DNA of 64,000 nucleotides from Eledone cirrhosa (taxonomy: Eukaryota), in NCBI GenBank assembly GCA_964016885.1, contig OZ024741.1, positions 252,154,001 to 252,218,000 of the forward strand, given 5' to 3'. Made by a program: the position numbers and the translations under genes. The notes beneath the pieces are model-generated. The model did not search any database and was not told where the DNA came from. It was given only the letters and a program-made list of their open reading frames with translations. Positions 12,293-24,500 of this stretch are shown piece after piece. Numbering within the stretch: position 1 is the first letter of the stretch; the number at the start of each line of letters is the position of its first letter.

Positions 12293-12551
12293 TCCATACG
12301 TACATATATATATATGTGTGCATGTATGTATATATATATACATACTACTGTACGTCTGTATACATATATGTATGTATACATACTTATATTTAAGTAACAG
12401 CCGTACTAAGAGTAGGAAATGAAATTTTGTTTCATTTTTTCCGTTTATCGTTTTCGGTGCACCCGGCCGATTAACCCACTCGATATGCAAGTTGGGCTAC
12501 TCAGCCGTTAATATGCATAAGGAAAGTATATACTTTCGGACGTTCAACAAT

Positions 12552-12620
12552 CTGGCAGGAAAGTATACGTTGCTGACGATAGCTAACAAGCTTGAAACTA
12601 GTACAGCGTTCCTTTGTCAG
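12552..12620 (+). ncRNA. Type I hammerhead ribozyme motif (subfamily 1, copy 1)
   Basis: acgttg CTGACGA t agct-aaca-agct t GAAA c ta GTA cagcgt; outer helix ctggcagga/tcctttgtcag. Confidence 0.8.
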
Positions 12621-12985
12621 TGTTGAACAAACAAGCAACGGTGGTTGCGAGACACTGCGGCTTAATGCAGGATGTTTGTTTACAAACACACCGAGCATTA
12701 TAATAAATGTTTGGTGAATCCATACGTACATATATATATGTGTGTGCATGTATGTATATATATATATATACATACTACTGTACGTCTGTATACATATATG
12801 TATGTACGTGTACATACTTATATTTAAGTAACAGCCGTACTAAGAGTGGGAAATTAAATTTTGTTTGATTTTTTCCATTTATCGTTTTCGGTGCACCCGG
12901 CCGATTAACCCACTCGAAATGCAAATTGGGCTACTCAGCTGTTAATATGCATAAGGAAAGTATATACTTTCAGACGTTCAACAAT

Positions 12986-13054
12986 CTGGCAGGAAGGTAT
13001 ACGTTGCTGACGATAGCTAACAAGCTTGAAACTAGTACATCATTCCTTTGTCAG
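12986..13054 (+). ncRNA. Type I hammerhead ribozyme motif (subfamily 1, copy 2; weakened stem I)
   Basis: Same core; the 3' strand of stem I reads catcat. Confidence 0.65.
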
Positions 13055-13473
13055 TGTTCAACAAACAAGCAACGGTGGTTGCATATATATATATACATAC
13101 TACTGTACATCTGTATACATATATGTATGTACGTGTACATACTTATATTTAAGTAACAGCCGTACAGCCGTACTAAAAGTGGGAAATGAAATTTTGTTTC
13201 ATTTTTTTCCGTTCATATATATATATATATATATATATAAATGTAAGTATGCATGTATACGTACATACATATATGTATACAGACGTACAGTAGCATGCAC
13301 ATATATATATATATATATACACATATACATACATATGCATACAGGTACACATACATATATGCACGTATCAGTTTAGCGGCGCTAACGTCGCTTTGTTCGT
13401 TTGTAAACAAACTGAACAGCCTGAATTTATGCCATACGGTGTTAAGGCAACCACGTCACCTTTTTGTTCAACA

Positions 13474-13542
13474 CTGACACAGGAACGATGTACTAGTTTC
13501 AAGCTTGTTAGCTATCATCAGCACCATTTACCCATCTGCCAG
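13474..13542 (-). ncRNA. Type I hammerhead ribozyme motif (inverted copy)
   Basis: Reverse complement of the 14106-14174 motif with one C>T change in stem I that leaves a U-G wobble. Confidence 0.8.
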
Positions 13543-14105
13543 ATAGTTGAACGTTCGAAAGTATATACTTTCCTTATGAAAATTAACGGCTGAGCAGCCT
13601 AATTTGCATATTGAGTGAGTTAAATCGGTCAGGCATACCGAAAACGATAAATTGAAACAAAATGAAAACGAAATTTCATTTCTCACTCTTAGTATGGCAC
13701 TTACTTAAATGTAAGTATGCATGTATACGTACATACATATATGTATACAGACGTACAGTAGCATGCACATATATATATATATATACACATATACATACAT
13801 ATGCATACAGGTACACATACATATATGCACGTATCAGTTTAGCGTATGCATATGTATGTATATGTGTATATATATATATGTGCATGCTACTGTACGTCTG
13901 TATACATATATGTATGTACGTATACATGCATACTTACATTTAAGTAAGTGCCATACTAAGAGTGAGAAATGAAATTTCGTTTTCATTTTGTTTCAATTTA
14001 TCGTTTTCGGTATGCCTGACCGATTTAACTCACTCAATATGCAAATTAGGCTGCTCAGCCGTTAATTTTCATAAGGAAAGTATATACTTTCGAACGTTCA
14101 ACTAT

Positions 14106-14174
14106 CTGGCAGATGGGTAAACGGTGCTGATGATAGCTAACAAGCTTGAAACTAGTACATCGTTCCTGTGTCAG
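14106..14174 (+). ncRNA. Type I hammerhead ribozyme motif
   Basis: aacggtg CTGATGA t agct-aaca-agct t GAAA c ta GTA catcgtt; predicted cleavage after 14157. Confidence 0.85.
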
Positions 14175-14571
14175 TGTTGAACAAAAAGGTGACGTGGTTG
14201 CCTTAACACCGTATGGCATAAATTCAGGCTGTTCAGTTTGTTTACAAACGAACAAAGCGACGTTAGCGCCGCTAAACTGATACGTGCATATATGTATGTG
14301 TACCTGTATGCATATGTATGTATATGTGTATATATATATATATATGTGCATGCTACTGTACGTCTGTATACATATATGTATGTACGTATACATGCATACT
14401 TACATTTAAGTAAGTGCCATACTAAGAGTGAGAAATGAAATTTCGTTTTCATTTTGTTTTAATTTATCGTTTTCGGTATGCCTGACCGATTTAACTCACT
14501 CAATATGCAAATTAGGCTGCTCAGCCGTTAATTTTCATAAGGAAAGTATATACTTTCGAACGTTCAACTAT

Positions 14572-14640
14572 CTGGCAGATGGGTAAACGGTGCTGATGAT
14601 AGCTAACAAGCTTGAAACTAGTACATCGTTCCTGTGTCAG
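14572..14640 (+). ncRNA. Type I hammerhead ribozyme motif
   Basis: Same as 14106-14174; predicted cleavage after 14623. Confidence 0.85.
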
Positions 14641-15037
14641 TGTTGAACAAAAAGGTGACGTGATTGCCTTAACACCGTATGGCATAAATTCAGGCTGTTC
14701 AGTTTGTTTACAAACGAACAAAGCGACGTTAGCGCCGCTAAACTGATACGTGCATATATGTATGTGTACCTGTATGCATATGTATGTATATGTGTATATA
14801 TATATATATATGTGCATGCTACTGTACGTCTGTATACATATATGTATGTACGTATACATGCATACTTACATTTAAGTAAGTGCCATACTAAGAGTGAGAA
14901 ATGAAATTTCGTTTTCATTTTGTTTCAATTTATCGTTTTCGGTATGCCTGACCGATTTAACTCACTCAATATGCAAATTAGGCTGCTCAGCCGTTAATTT
15001 TCATAAGGAAAGTATATACTTTCGAACGTTCAACTAT

Positions 15038-15106
15038 CTGGCAGATGGGTAAACGGTGCTGATGATAGCTAACAAGCTTGAAACTAGTACATCGTTCCTG
15101 TGTCAG
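15038..15106 (+). ncRNA. Type I hammerhead ribozyme motif
   Basis: Same as 14106-14174; predicted cleavage after 15089. Confidence 0.85.
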
Positions 15107-15503
15107 TGTTGAACAAAAAGGTGACGTGGTTGCCTTAACACCGTATGGCATAAATTCAGGCTGTTCAGTTTGTTTACAAACGAACAAAGCGACGTTAGCG
15201 CCGCTAAACTAATACGTGCATATATGTATGTGTACCTGTATGCATATGTATGTATATGTGTATATATATATATATATATGCATGCTACTGTACGTCTGTA
15301 TACATATATGTATGTACGTATACATGCATACTTACATTTAAGTAAGTGCCATACTAAGAGTGAGAAATGAAATTTCGTTTTCATTTTGTTTCAATTTATC
15401 GTTTTCGGTATGCCTGACCGATTTAACTCACTCAATATGCAAATTAGGCTGCTCAGCCGTTAATTTTCATAAGGAAAGTATATACTTTCGAACGTTCAAC
15501 TAT

Positions 15504-15572
15504 CTGGCAGATGGGTAAACGGTGCTGATGATAGCTAACAAGCTTGAAACTAGTACATCGTTCCTGTGTCAG
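15504..15572 (+). ncRNA. Type I hammerhead ribozyme motif
   Basis: Same as 14106-14174; predicted cleavage after 15555. Confidence 0.85.
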
Positions 15573-16265
15573 TGTTGAACAAAAAGGTGACGTGGTTGCC
15601 TTAACACCGTATGGCATAAATTCAGGCTGTTCAGTTTGTTTACAAACGAACAAAGCGACGTTAGCGCCGCTAAACTGATACGTGCATATATGTATGTGTA
15701 CCTGTATGCATATGTATGTATATGTGTATATATATATATATATGTGCATGCTACTGTACGTCTGTATACATATATGTATGTACGTATACATGCATACTTA
15801 CATTTAAGTAAGTGCCATACTAAGAGTGAGAAATGAAATTTCGTTTTCATTTTGTTTCAATTTATATATATATAAATTCATATATATATATATATATATC
15901 ATTTTGGAAGAATGTCCCGCACAGTGTGTATATATGTACATATATATATGTATATGTATTTATTTCTCTCTCACTATATAAGTGCATGTGTGTGTATGTG
16001 TGTGTGTGTATGTATGTCATATATATGTATGTATGCATGCATGTATATATGTATGTATATATGTGTATATGTATGCATGTATGTTTGTATATATGTGTAT
16101 ATGTATGTATGTATGTATGTACGTACGTATGTATGTATGTATGTATGTATGTGTATATGTATGTATGTATGTATGTGTATATGTACCTATGTATGTGTAT
16201 ATGTATGTATGTATGCATGTATATATGTTTGTATGTTTTATCTCTTTCTCTTAATTTCGAGTACA

Positions 16266-18329
16266 TTTTTTTTGACCGGCCACCTTCCTGGTGGCAAGGT
16301 TGTAAAAGAAAAGAAATTGTCATCCCTTGAATCGCAAAAATGTTTTGCAAATTTTGAAGGTGCCAGCTATCGCAGCCATTTGTAGACTATGAATTAGGGA
16401 GCTGCGCTTTTTGTCCGCAAATCCAAGTTCAGTCATACTTTGGTCCAAGCGGGTTGGTATATAACCCGTAGCTCCAATAATGATGGGTATGAAGCTAAAG
16501 GTGTATCTTGGATACTGGATTTGTAAACTCCTCATCAATGGTCCGTAGATGTCCTCCTTCTCCTGTATTTTTCTGACAACGTTTACATCAAGCGGGCAGC
16601 TGATCTCCACAACAGAACACGTTTTCAATGTGTGGTCCCAAACAACAATATCAGGCCGGTTGTGCTTTAATTTGGTGGCAGTTTTTATTTTCAGGTTCCA
16701 CCAGTATTCCTTAGTGCCATCTGTCTCAATATATTCTCCTCGTTTGTTGTTAATTTTGTTTTCCGAAGTGCGTTCCAGATGGTTCTAGCTATCCCATCGT
16801 GTCTCATGGGGAGGTAGTAGCGAGATGACATTCTTTCGCAGCTGGCAACAATGTGGCTTACATCCTCGATCTTTGTTTTACATAGCCTACGTTTATTGTC
16901 AGCTGCTGGCCCTCCTCTTTTGTGCAGCAGATATTTGGTAGGGAGTTCTTGTTCCTGTATTGCATAGAGATATCCCTCAAGGTGTGATGTCATAAACTTG
17001 TCGGAACTCCATGCCAGGCTTTTTGAGTGGTTTATCCCCTCTATGGTCTGTGTTTTATGCCTCAAGTATCCATGCACAACTTTTTTCTGTAAATTGGTCA
17101 ATTTTTTTATCTTGTTTGAACATTGAATAGGATCTTCCAATTTCTCTGGGTGAGAGATTTATATCAGGCTTTATTCCATATCTCTCCTCCAGATCAGTCG
17201 CTATTCTAATGATATTTTTTTTTTCATGCTCATAAACCTGGGCAAGATGGTTGCCAACCTTTTTCCTCTGTTGAAGGTGTTGCTTCAGTGTTACTATCCG
17301 GGTCTCATATGTTGTTAATATTGATTTTAGACCCCGGCCACCTTCCTTGCGTGAGAAGTATAGCCTATCCACATCACCATTGATGTTAAAGTTCCCAGTA
17401 ACACTGAGAAGTTTTCGAGTTCTAGCATCCATCTCACTTAGTTCTTGCAATGACCAGTTCAGCAGGCCAAATGTTGGCATTAGAATTGGCACAGCATAAG
17501 TATTGTGGGCAATGTATTTGTTGTACGCTGACAGTTCTGATGACCATATTTTCTTTACTCTTCTGAGGTATTCAGTTCTGGTTCTCTCCTTATTTATGGG
17601 TCCATCATATCTGACATTCTCATCCTGTCCAAGATATCTGTAGTTGTCACCTGACTGCAGAGGTTGTATTGTCAGGCCGTTCATCTCTAGATTTCTAGAG
17701 GAGGGCACAGCACTTCCACGTTTTACTGCCAAATATGCACACTTGGACTCACCAAATTTCATTTTGATGTCGGTTGAAAATTGTGTAATGAGGTCCAATT
17801 GTTTCTTGATGTCATTGATATTTGGCCCATACAACTTCAGGTCATCAACAAAGAAAAGATGGGAGATACTTCTGGGCCCACTTCTTTGTCCACCTTGTTT
17901 CCTGAGTAGGTAAGATAGTGGATTGAGTGAGAGAATGAAGAGTAGCACTGACAAGCTATCACCCTGAAAGATGCCCTTCTGGTAATGTATCTTATCAGTC
18001 TTAACTTGCTCCTTCTCACCTCTAAGGATCAAACTGGTGTACCAGTTCTTGGTCAGGCGTTCAACAGCAGCTACCAATGGTTGTGGGACTTTAGCTAACT
18101 GTAAAGCCTTAACAATCCACCCATGAGGTACACTATCAAATGCTTTTTGATAGTCCAGCCACACCACAGTCATGTTTCTGCGATTCTTTGTTGTTTTTTC
18201 CTGAATCATTTTGTTAGTTAGTAGGTGATCTATGCAACCCCACACCTCCCTCTTTCCACCAGCTTGCTCAGGTGTTTTGATGTTGTTGGTAGCACAGTGA
18301 TCCTGTAAGAACAGGTTAAGGCACCCAGT
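16266..18329 (-). mobile_element. 5'-truncated, frameshifted non-LTR retrotransposon with restriction-like endonuclease (R4/Dong/NeSL-type)
   Basis: RT motifs WLDYQKAFDSVPH, GIFQGDSLS, LFFVDDLKLY, YRYLG; zinc knuckle RLC..EDVSHIVASC..RHD; RLE PDIVV..VVEISCP..IPIIIGATG. Confidence 0.9.
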
Positions 18330-18522
18330 ATGTATGTATGTATGTATGTATGTATGTATGTATGTATGTATGTATGTGTATATGTATGTATGTGTATATG
18401 TATGTATGTATGTATGTGTATATGTACGTATGTCTGTATATATGTATGTATGTATGTGTATATGTACGTATGCATGTATGTGTATATGTATGTATGTATG
18501 TATGTGTGTATGTATGTATGCG

Positions 18523-18800
18523 TAGATGTCAGGTCACCAGTTGGTGCTACTGGTAACATGTATCTCAGTACAACCTGTCTCATTGTCGGGTCATTGGCGA
18601 CTAAACTGGCAACCCCACCAAGGTTTCTTGGTGAGGAGGGTGACTTTGGACATCCTGCAGGACTAAAAACAAAACCTGTCAAAGGGCAAAGGAGCTCTTA
18701 AGAGTCAATGGCCATCCAAAATCACCGGGAGAGATGACCCCTTAGCCTTTGTCAAGGCAGAATTCTAGGAGAAGGAAAACTCTGATATAACACCTGCAAC
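18523..18800 (+). mobile_element. Probable 5' UTR of an RTE-type LINE
   Basis: Contains ctaggagaaggaaaactctga, which I recall from RTE-family 5' UTRs, and an HDV-ribozyme-like segment at its start; not verified by search. Confidence 0.45.
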
Positions 18801-19217
18801 TCTGATGGTATCCAATGATGTTGACATGTTCTTATTTTTGGTAAATATCTTCTTGGTTAAGAGAGTGGGACTGGCTTTGTGCAGTGCCTTTACTCACTAT
18901 AAAAGCTTCATGGCACAGGCATTGCTTTATATCTGGAGATCTCTCTGCTCTTGTCGTCACATGGTGCCATGGGCCCAGCACTATGTATCAATAATTGTCA
19001 CAAGTGTAGTGTTTGTACCAGAGTTTTCAAGTCGCTGGCTGGACTAAGAAGTCACACTCGTTCAGCGCATCGGTAGGAGTTCTCCTACATCGATATAAAG
19101 TAGTAGCCGTACTCGAAAACGAGTTGGCAGCCACCATGTGTATATGTACATATGTATGTATGTGTATATGTATATATGTATGTATGTATGTGTATATGTA
19201 TGTATGTAGTATGTATG

Positions 19218-19251
<34 letters not shown>

Positions 19252-19459
19252 TGTGTGTATGTGTATCCACAATCAGATATATGTGATCACCATCTTGTAT
19301 GTGGAGGTATAATCTGTAAGATAAGAAGAAATAGTAGACAGTAAGATAGAAGTGTGAAGAGGATGGGCAGGGGAGGTAATAGGTGTATAGTTAGCTGTTA
19401 CATATGGCTGGTCATTTAGTAGTGCTAGTAGAACTACAGCTGATCTACACAATACCACC

Positions 19460-19571
19460 AATACTAATACTGCTACTACTATTACTATTACTCCTCCTCC
19501 ACCTCATATCCTCCTACCATCACCATCACCAATACTACTATCACTACTGCTGCTGCTATTACTACCACCAT

Positions 19572-19625
<54 letters not shown>

Positions 19626-19626
19626 C

Positions 19627-19658
<32 letters not shown>

Positions 19659-19693
19659 CACCACTACTACTACTACTACGACTACTACTACTA

Positions 19694-19734
<41 letters not shown>

Positions 19735-19736
19735 AT

Positions 19737-19796
<60 letters not shown>

Positions 19797-20030
19797 CACT
19801 ACCACTAACACCACTACCACTACTACCACTACCAGTATCACCACCGCCACTACCACTACTACTACTACTACTACCACTACCACTACTACTAGTACTACCA
19901 CCACTACCACTACTACGACCACCACCGCCACTACCACTACTACAACCACCACCACCACTACCACTACTACCACCACCACCACCACCACCATTACCACTAC
20001 TACCACCGCCACCACCACTACTAGTGCCCC
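19460..20030. repeat. (TAC/CAC/TGC)n trinucleotide microsatellite
   Basis: Directly visible. Confidence 0.95.
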
Positions 20031-20046
20031 CACTAAGAGCAATAAC

Positions 20047-20420
20047 AATTGTTTCTACTTTTGGCACAAGGCCAGCAATTACCCAGTGTATTACTGGTAC
20101 TTTATTTTATCGACCCCGTAAGGATGAAAGGCAAAGTCAACCTTGGCGGGATTTGAACTCAGACCATAAAGGGCCGTAACTCTTTGCTGCAAAGCATGGC
20201 GTCAGACCCTCTACCGATACTGCCAATCCAAATAATAATAATTGTTTCTACTTTTGGCACAAGGCCAGCAATTACCCAGTACATTACTGGTACTTTATTT
20301 TATCGACCCTGTAAGGATGAAAGGCAAAGTAAACCTCAGCGGGATTTGAACTCAGAATGGCAAGGGCCGTAACTCTATACGTCAAAGCATGGCGTCCGAC
20401 CCTCTACCGATACTTCCAAT
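20047..20420 (-). mobile_element. Two tandem family-A SINEs in an (AAT)n run
   Basis: Copies at 20047-20227 and 20240-20420. Confidence 0.85.
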
Positions 20421-20599
20421 GCAAATAATAATAATAATGATTTCTTTGTCAACAGTACAACTACAGCTACAACTAACACCACAACCATAACTTTCACTCT
20501 ACAATTAACCCCCACTACAACTACTACTACCAACATCACTACCACTACTACTACTACTACCACCACCATCACAACCAACACCACTACAACTACCACCAC

Positions 20600-21120
20600 C
20601 ACTACCACTACCATCAACACCACCACAACCACTACCATCAATACCACCACAACAACTGCCATCAACACCACCACAACCACTACCATCAACACCACCACAA
20701 CAACTGCCATCAACACCACCACAACCACTGCCATCAACACCACCACAACCACTACCATCAACACCACCACAACAACTGCCATCAACACCACCACAACCAC
20801 TACCATCAACACCACCACAACCACTGCCATCAACACTACCACAACCACTACCATCAATACCACCACAACCACTGCCATCAATACCACCACAACCACTGCC
20901 ATCAATACCACCACAACCACTGCCATCAACACTACCACAACCACTGCCATCAATACCACCACAACCACTGCCATCAACACTACCACAACCACTGCCATCA
21001 ACACCACCACAACCACTACCACCAATACCACCACAACTACTGCCATCAACACCACCACAACCACTGCCATCAACACCACCACAACCACTACCATCAACAC
21101 CACCACAACCACTACCATTA
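20600..21120. repeat. 24-bp minisatellite (ccatcaacaccaccacaaccactg)
   Basis: About 20 tandem units visible. Confidence 0.9.
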
Positions 21121-21559
21121 CCACAACCATCACCATCGCCACTGACATATCACTTCCACCTCACATGATTACACTACATACCTACTTACATACATACACA
21201 CTTACACACCTCTACATACCCAGATACACATACACCACCACACACATACACATATAGACCAGCACAAACACACACACTACCAGGTACATACATATACACC
21301 ACTATATACAGACCCACACACCACCACATACACACCACCACATACACACATACCCAAACAACAACATGCACACACCACCACATACACACAGGCTACTGAA
21401 TAGACACATACACTCACCAGTACCTACACACAGACACACCACTACATACACACATCCTACTGAATACATATATACACACAACAGAACATACACATATTAC
21501 TACACACACAAACACACATAGAGACACTCATGCACACACAACTGTATACACATACACAA

Positions 21560-24500
21560 TCACTACCACCCGAACAACAACCACCACCAAAACAACCACT
21601 ACCGCAATATCATTACCACTAAAACAATCACTACCTCAGCAACCACAAACACAACAACCAACACAAGCATAATAACCACCAGCACAACAACCATCCCACA
21701 ACAACAACCACTACAACAACAACAACCACCACAACAACCATCCCACAACAACCACCACCATAACAATCATCCCACAACAACCACCATAACAACCATCTCA
21801 CAAAAACCACCATAACAACCATCCCACAACAACAACCATCCCACAACACCCATCCCACAACAACAACCATCCCACAACAAAAACCATCCCACAACAACAA
21901 CCATCCCACAACAACCAACCCACAACAACCATCCCACAACAACAACCATCCCACAATAATAACCATCACAACAACCACCCCAGAGCAACCACAACACAAC
22001 AACAACCATCCCACCACATCTACCACCACAACAACCAACACCACAACAACCAACACCACACCTAACACCACCCCAACAACCACCACCACACCAACCACTA
22101 CCCCAACAACCACTATGCCAACAACCACCACCACTACAACCACCACCACTCCAACCACTACCCCAACAACCACCACCACAACAACCACTATGCCAACAAC
22201 CACCACCACTACAACCACCACCACTCCAACCACCACCACTCCAACCACCACCACTCTAACCACCACCACAACAACCACCACCCCAACAACCACCACCACA
22301 ACAACCACTACCCCAACAACCACCACCACTCCAACCACCACCACTCCAACCACCACCACTCTAACACCACCACAACAACCACCACCCCAACAACCACCAC
22401 CACAACAACCACTACCCCAACAACCACCACCACTCCAACCACCACCACTCCAACCATCACCACTCTAACCACCACCACAACAACCACCACCCCAACAACC
22501 ACCACCACAACAACCACTACCCCAACAACCACCACCACAACAACCACCACCACTCCAACCACCACCACTACAACCACCACCACAACAACCACCACCCCAA
22601 CAACCACCACCACAACAACCACCACCCCAACAACCACCACCACAACAACCACCACTCCAACAACCACCACCACAACAACCACCACCACAACAACCACCAC
22701 AACAACCACAACAACAACCACCACAACAACCACCACCCAACAACCACCACCACACCAACCACTACCCCAACAACCACCACAACAATAACTACCACCACAT
22801 CAACCACCACAACCACCACAACAGCAACCACCACCACAACAACCACCACCCAACAACCACCACCACACCAACCACTACCCCAACAACCACTACAATGACC
22901 ACCTCCACTACTATTACCTTACAAGAATACACCACCATTCACTATACCACTACCTTCACAACATACTACCACCGACACCAAAACCAATGTACTACCACCA
23001 ATACACTACCACCAATACCAACACTACCACCAATTCCACTACTACCACTCATACGAACATTACCACCCATACCCATACTACCACCACTAATGCCACCACT
23101 ACCACCCATACCTCAACTACCACCAATACCCTCACCACCACTAATACCATCACTACCATTTCACCTCACCACCACTCATACCACCACCCATACCACTACT
23201 ACCACCACCAATACCACCAATGCGACTACTACCACCACCAATACCATTATTACCACTAATACCACCACTACCACCTATACCACCACTACCACCTATACCA
23301 CCACTACCACCTATACCATCATTACCACCTATACCACCACCACCACTACCACCACTAACACCCATACTACCAATACCACCACTACCTCCAATACCACCAC
23401 TACCACCACTACCACCACTACCACCCATAACACCACTACCACACTACCACTAATACCACCATATCCACTAATATCACCACTACCACCCATACCACCACAT
23501 CCACTAATATCACCACTACCACCCATACCACCACTACCACCACTACCACCAATACCCCCACTACCACCACTAACACCACTATCACCACTACCTCCACTAT
23601 CACCACTACCACCACTAACACCACTATCACCAATACCACCACTACCGCCACTACCATTCATACCAACACCACCACTACCACCACTACCACCACTACCAAC
23701 ACTACCACCACTACCACCACTACCTCCAATACCACCACAATTATCTCGCCCTTTATGGCCATCCCTATCAGCCCCCCCCCTCCCTCCCTCCAGTACAATC
23801 ACTATGATCATTACCATTGTCACCACTCTGACCGCTACCACAACACTACCATTCCTCTCGATTACATCATCATACATACACCATACCACTACAATCAATG
23901 CTACACCACCACATGGCCTACCACCACCACAATCAACACCACCAACAACACCACCACCACCACCACAATCAACACCACCACCACCACAATCAAAACCACC
24001 AACACCACCACCACCACCACAATCAACACCACCACCAACAACATCACCACCACAATCAACACCATCACCACCACCACCAAAATCAACACTACTACCACCA
24101 CCACCACCACAATCAACACCACCAACACCACCACCACCACGACAATCAACACCACCAACACCACCACCACCACAATGAACACCACCAACACCACCAACAA
24201 CACCACCACCACCACCACAATCAACACCACCAACACCACCACCACCACCACCACTACAATCAACACCACCAACACCACCACCACCACAATCAACACCATC
24301 AACACCGCCACCACCATCACCACAATCAACACCACCACCAACAACATCACCACCACCACCACCACAACCAACACCACCAACACCACCAACACGACCAACA
24401 CCACCACAATCAACACCACCACCACCACCACCACCACAATCAACACCACCAACACCACCACCACCACCACAATCAACACCACCAACACCACCACCACCAC

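Larger units (their letters stand above)
11845..13215 (+). repeat. Hammerhead-containing tandem repeat, subfamily 1 (~434-bp unit, ~2.5 units, interrupted by a SINE)
   Basis: Hammerhead cores at 12573 and 13007 are 434 bp apart; a partial first unit at 11845-11947 starts with a short inverted fragment. Confidence 0.85.
13216..15862. repeat. Hammerhead-containing tandem array, subfamily 2: ~4.3 near-identical 466-bp units on + (13844-15862) plus ~1.3 inverted units on - (~13235-13844)
   Basis: CTGATGA at 14127, 14593, 15059 and 15525 (466-bp period); inverted core tcatcag at 13515-13521; both outer ends run into (TA)n. Confidence 0.95.

Noticed and set aside
13844-15862. CRISPR-like or protein-coding interpretation of the 466-bp array
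   Set aside because: Units are wholly repeated with no unique spacers, there are no cas genes, the context is eukaryotic, and the small ORFs are microsatellite-driven.
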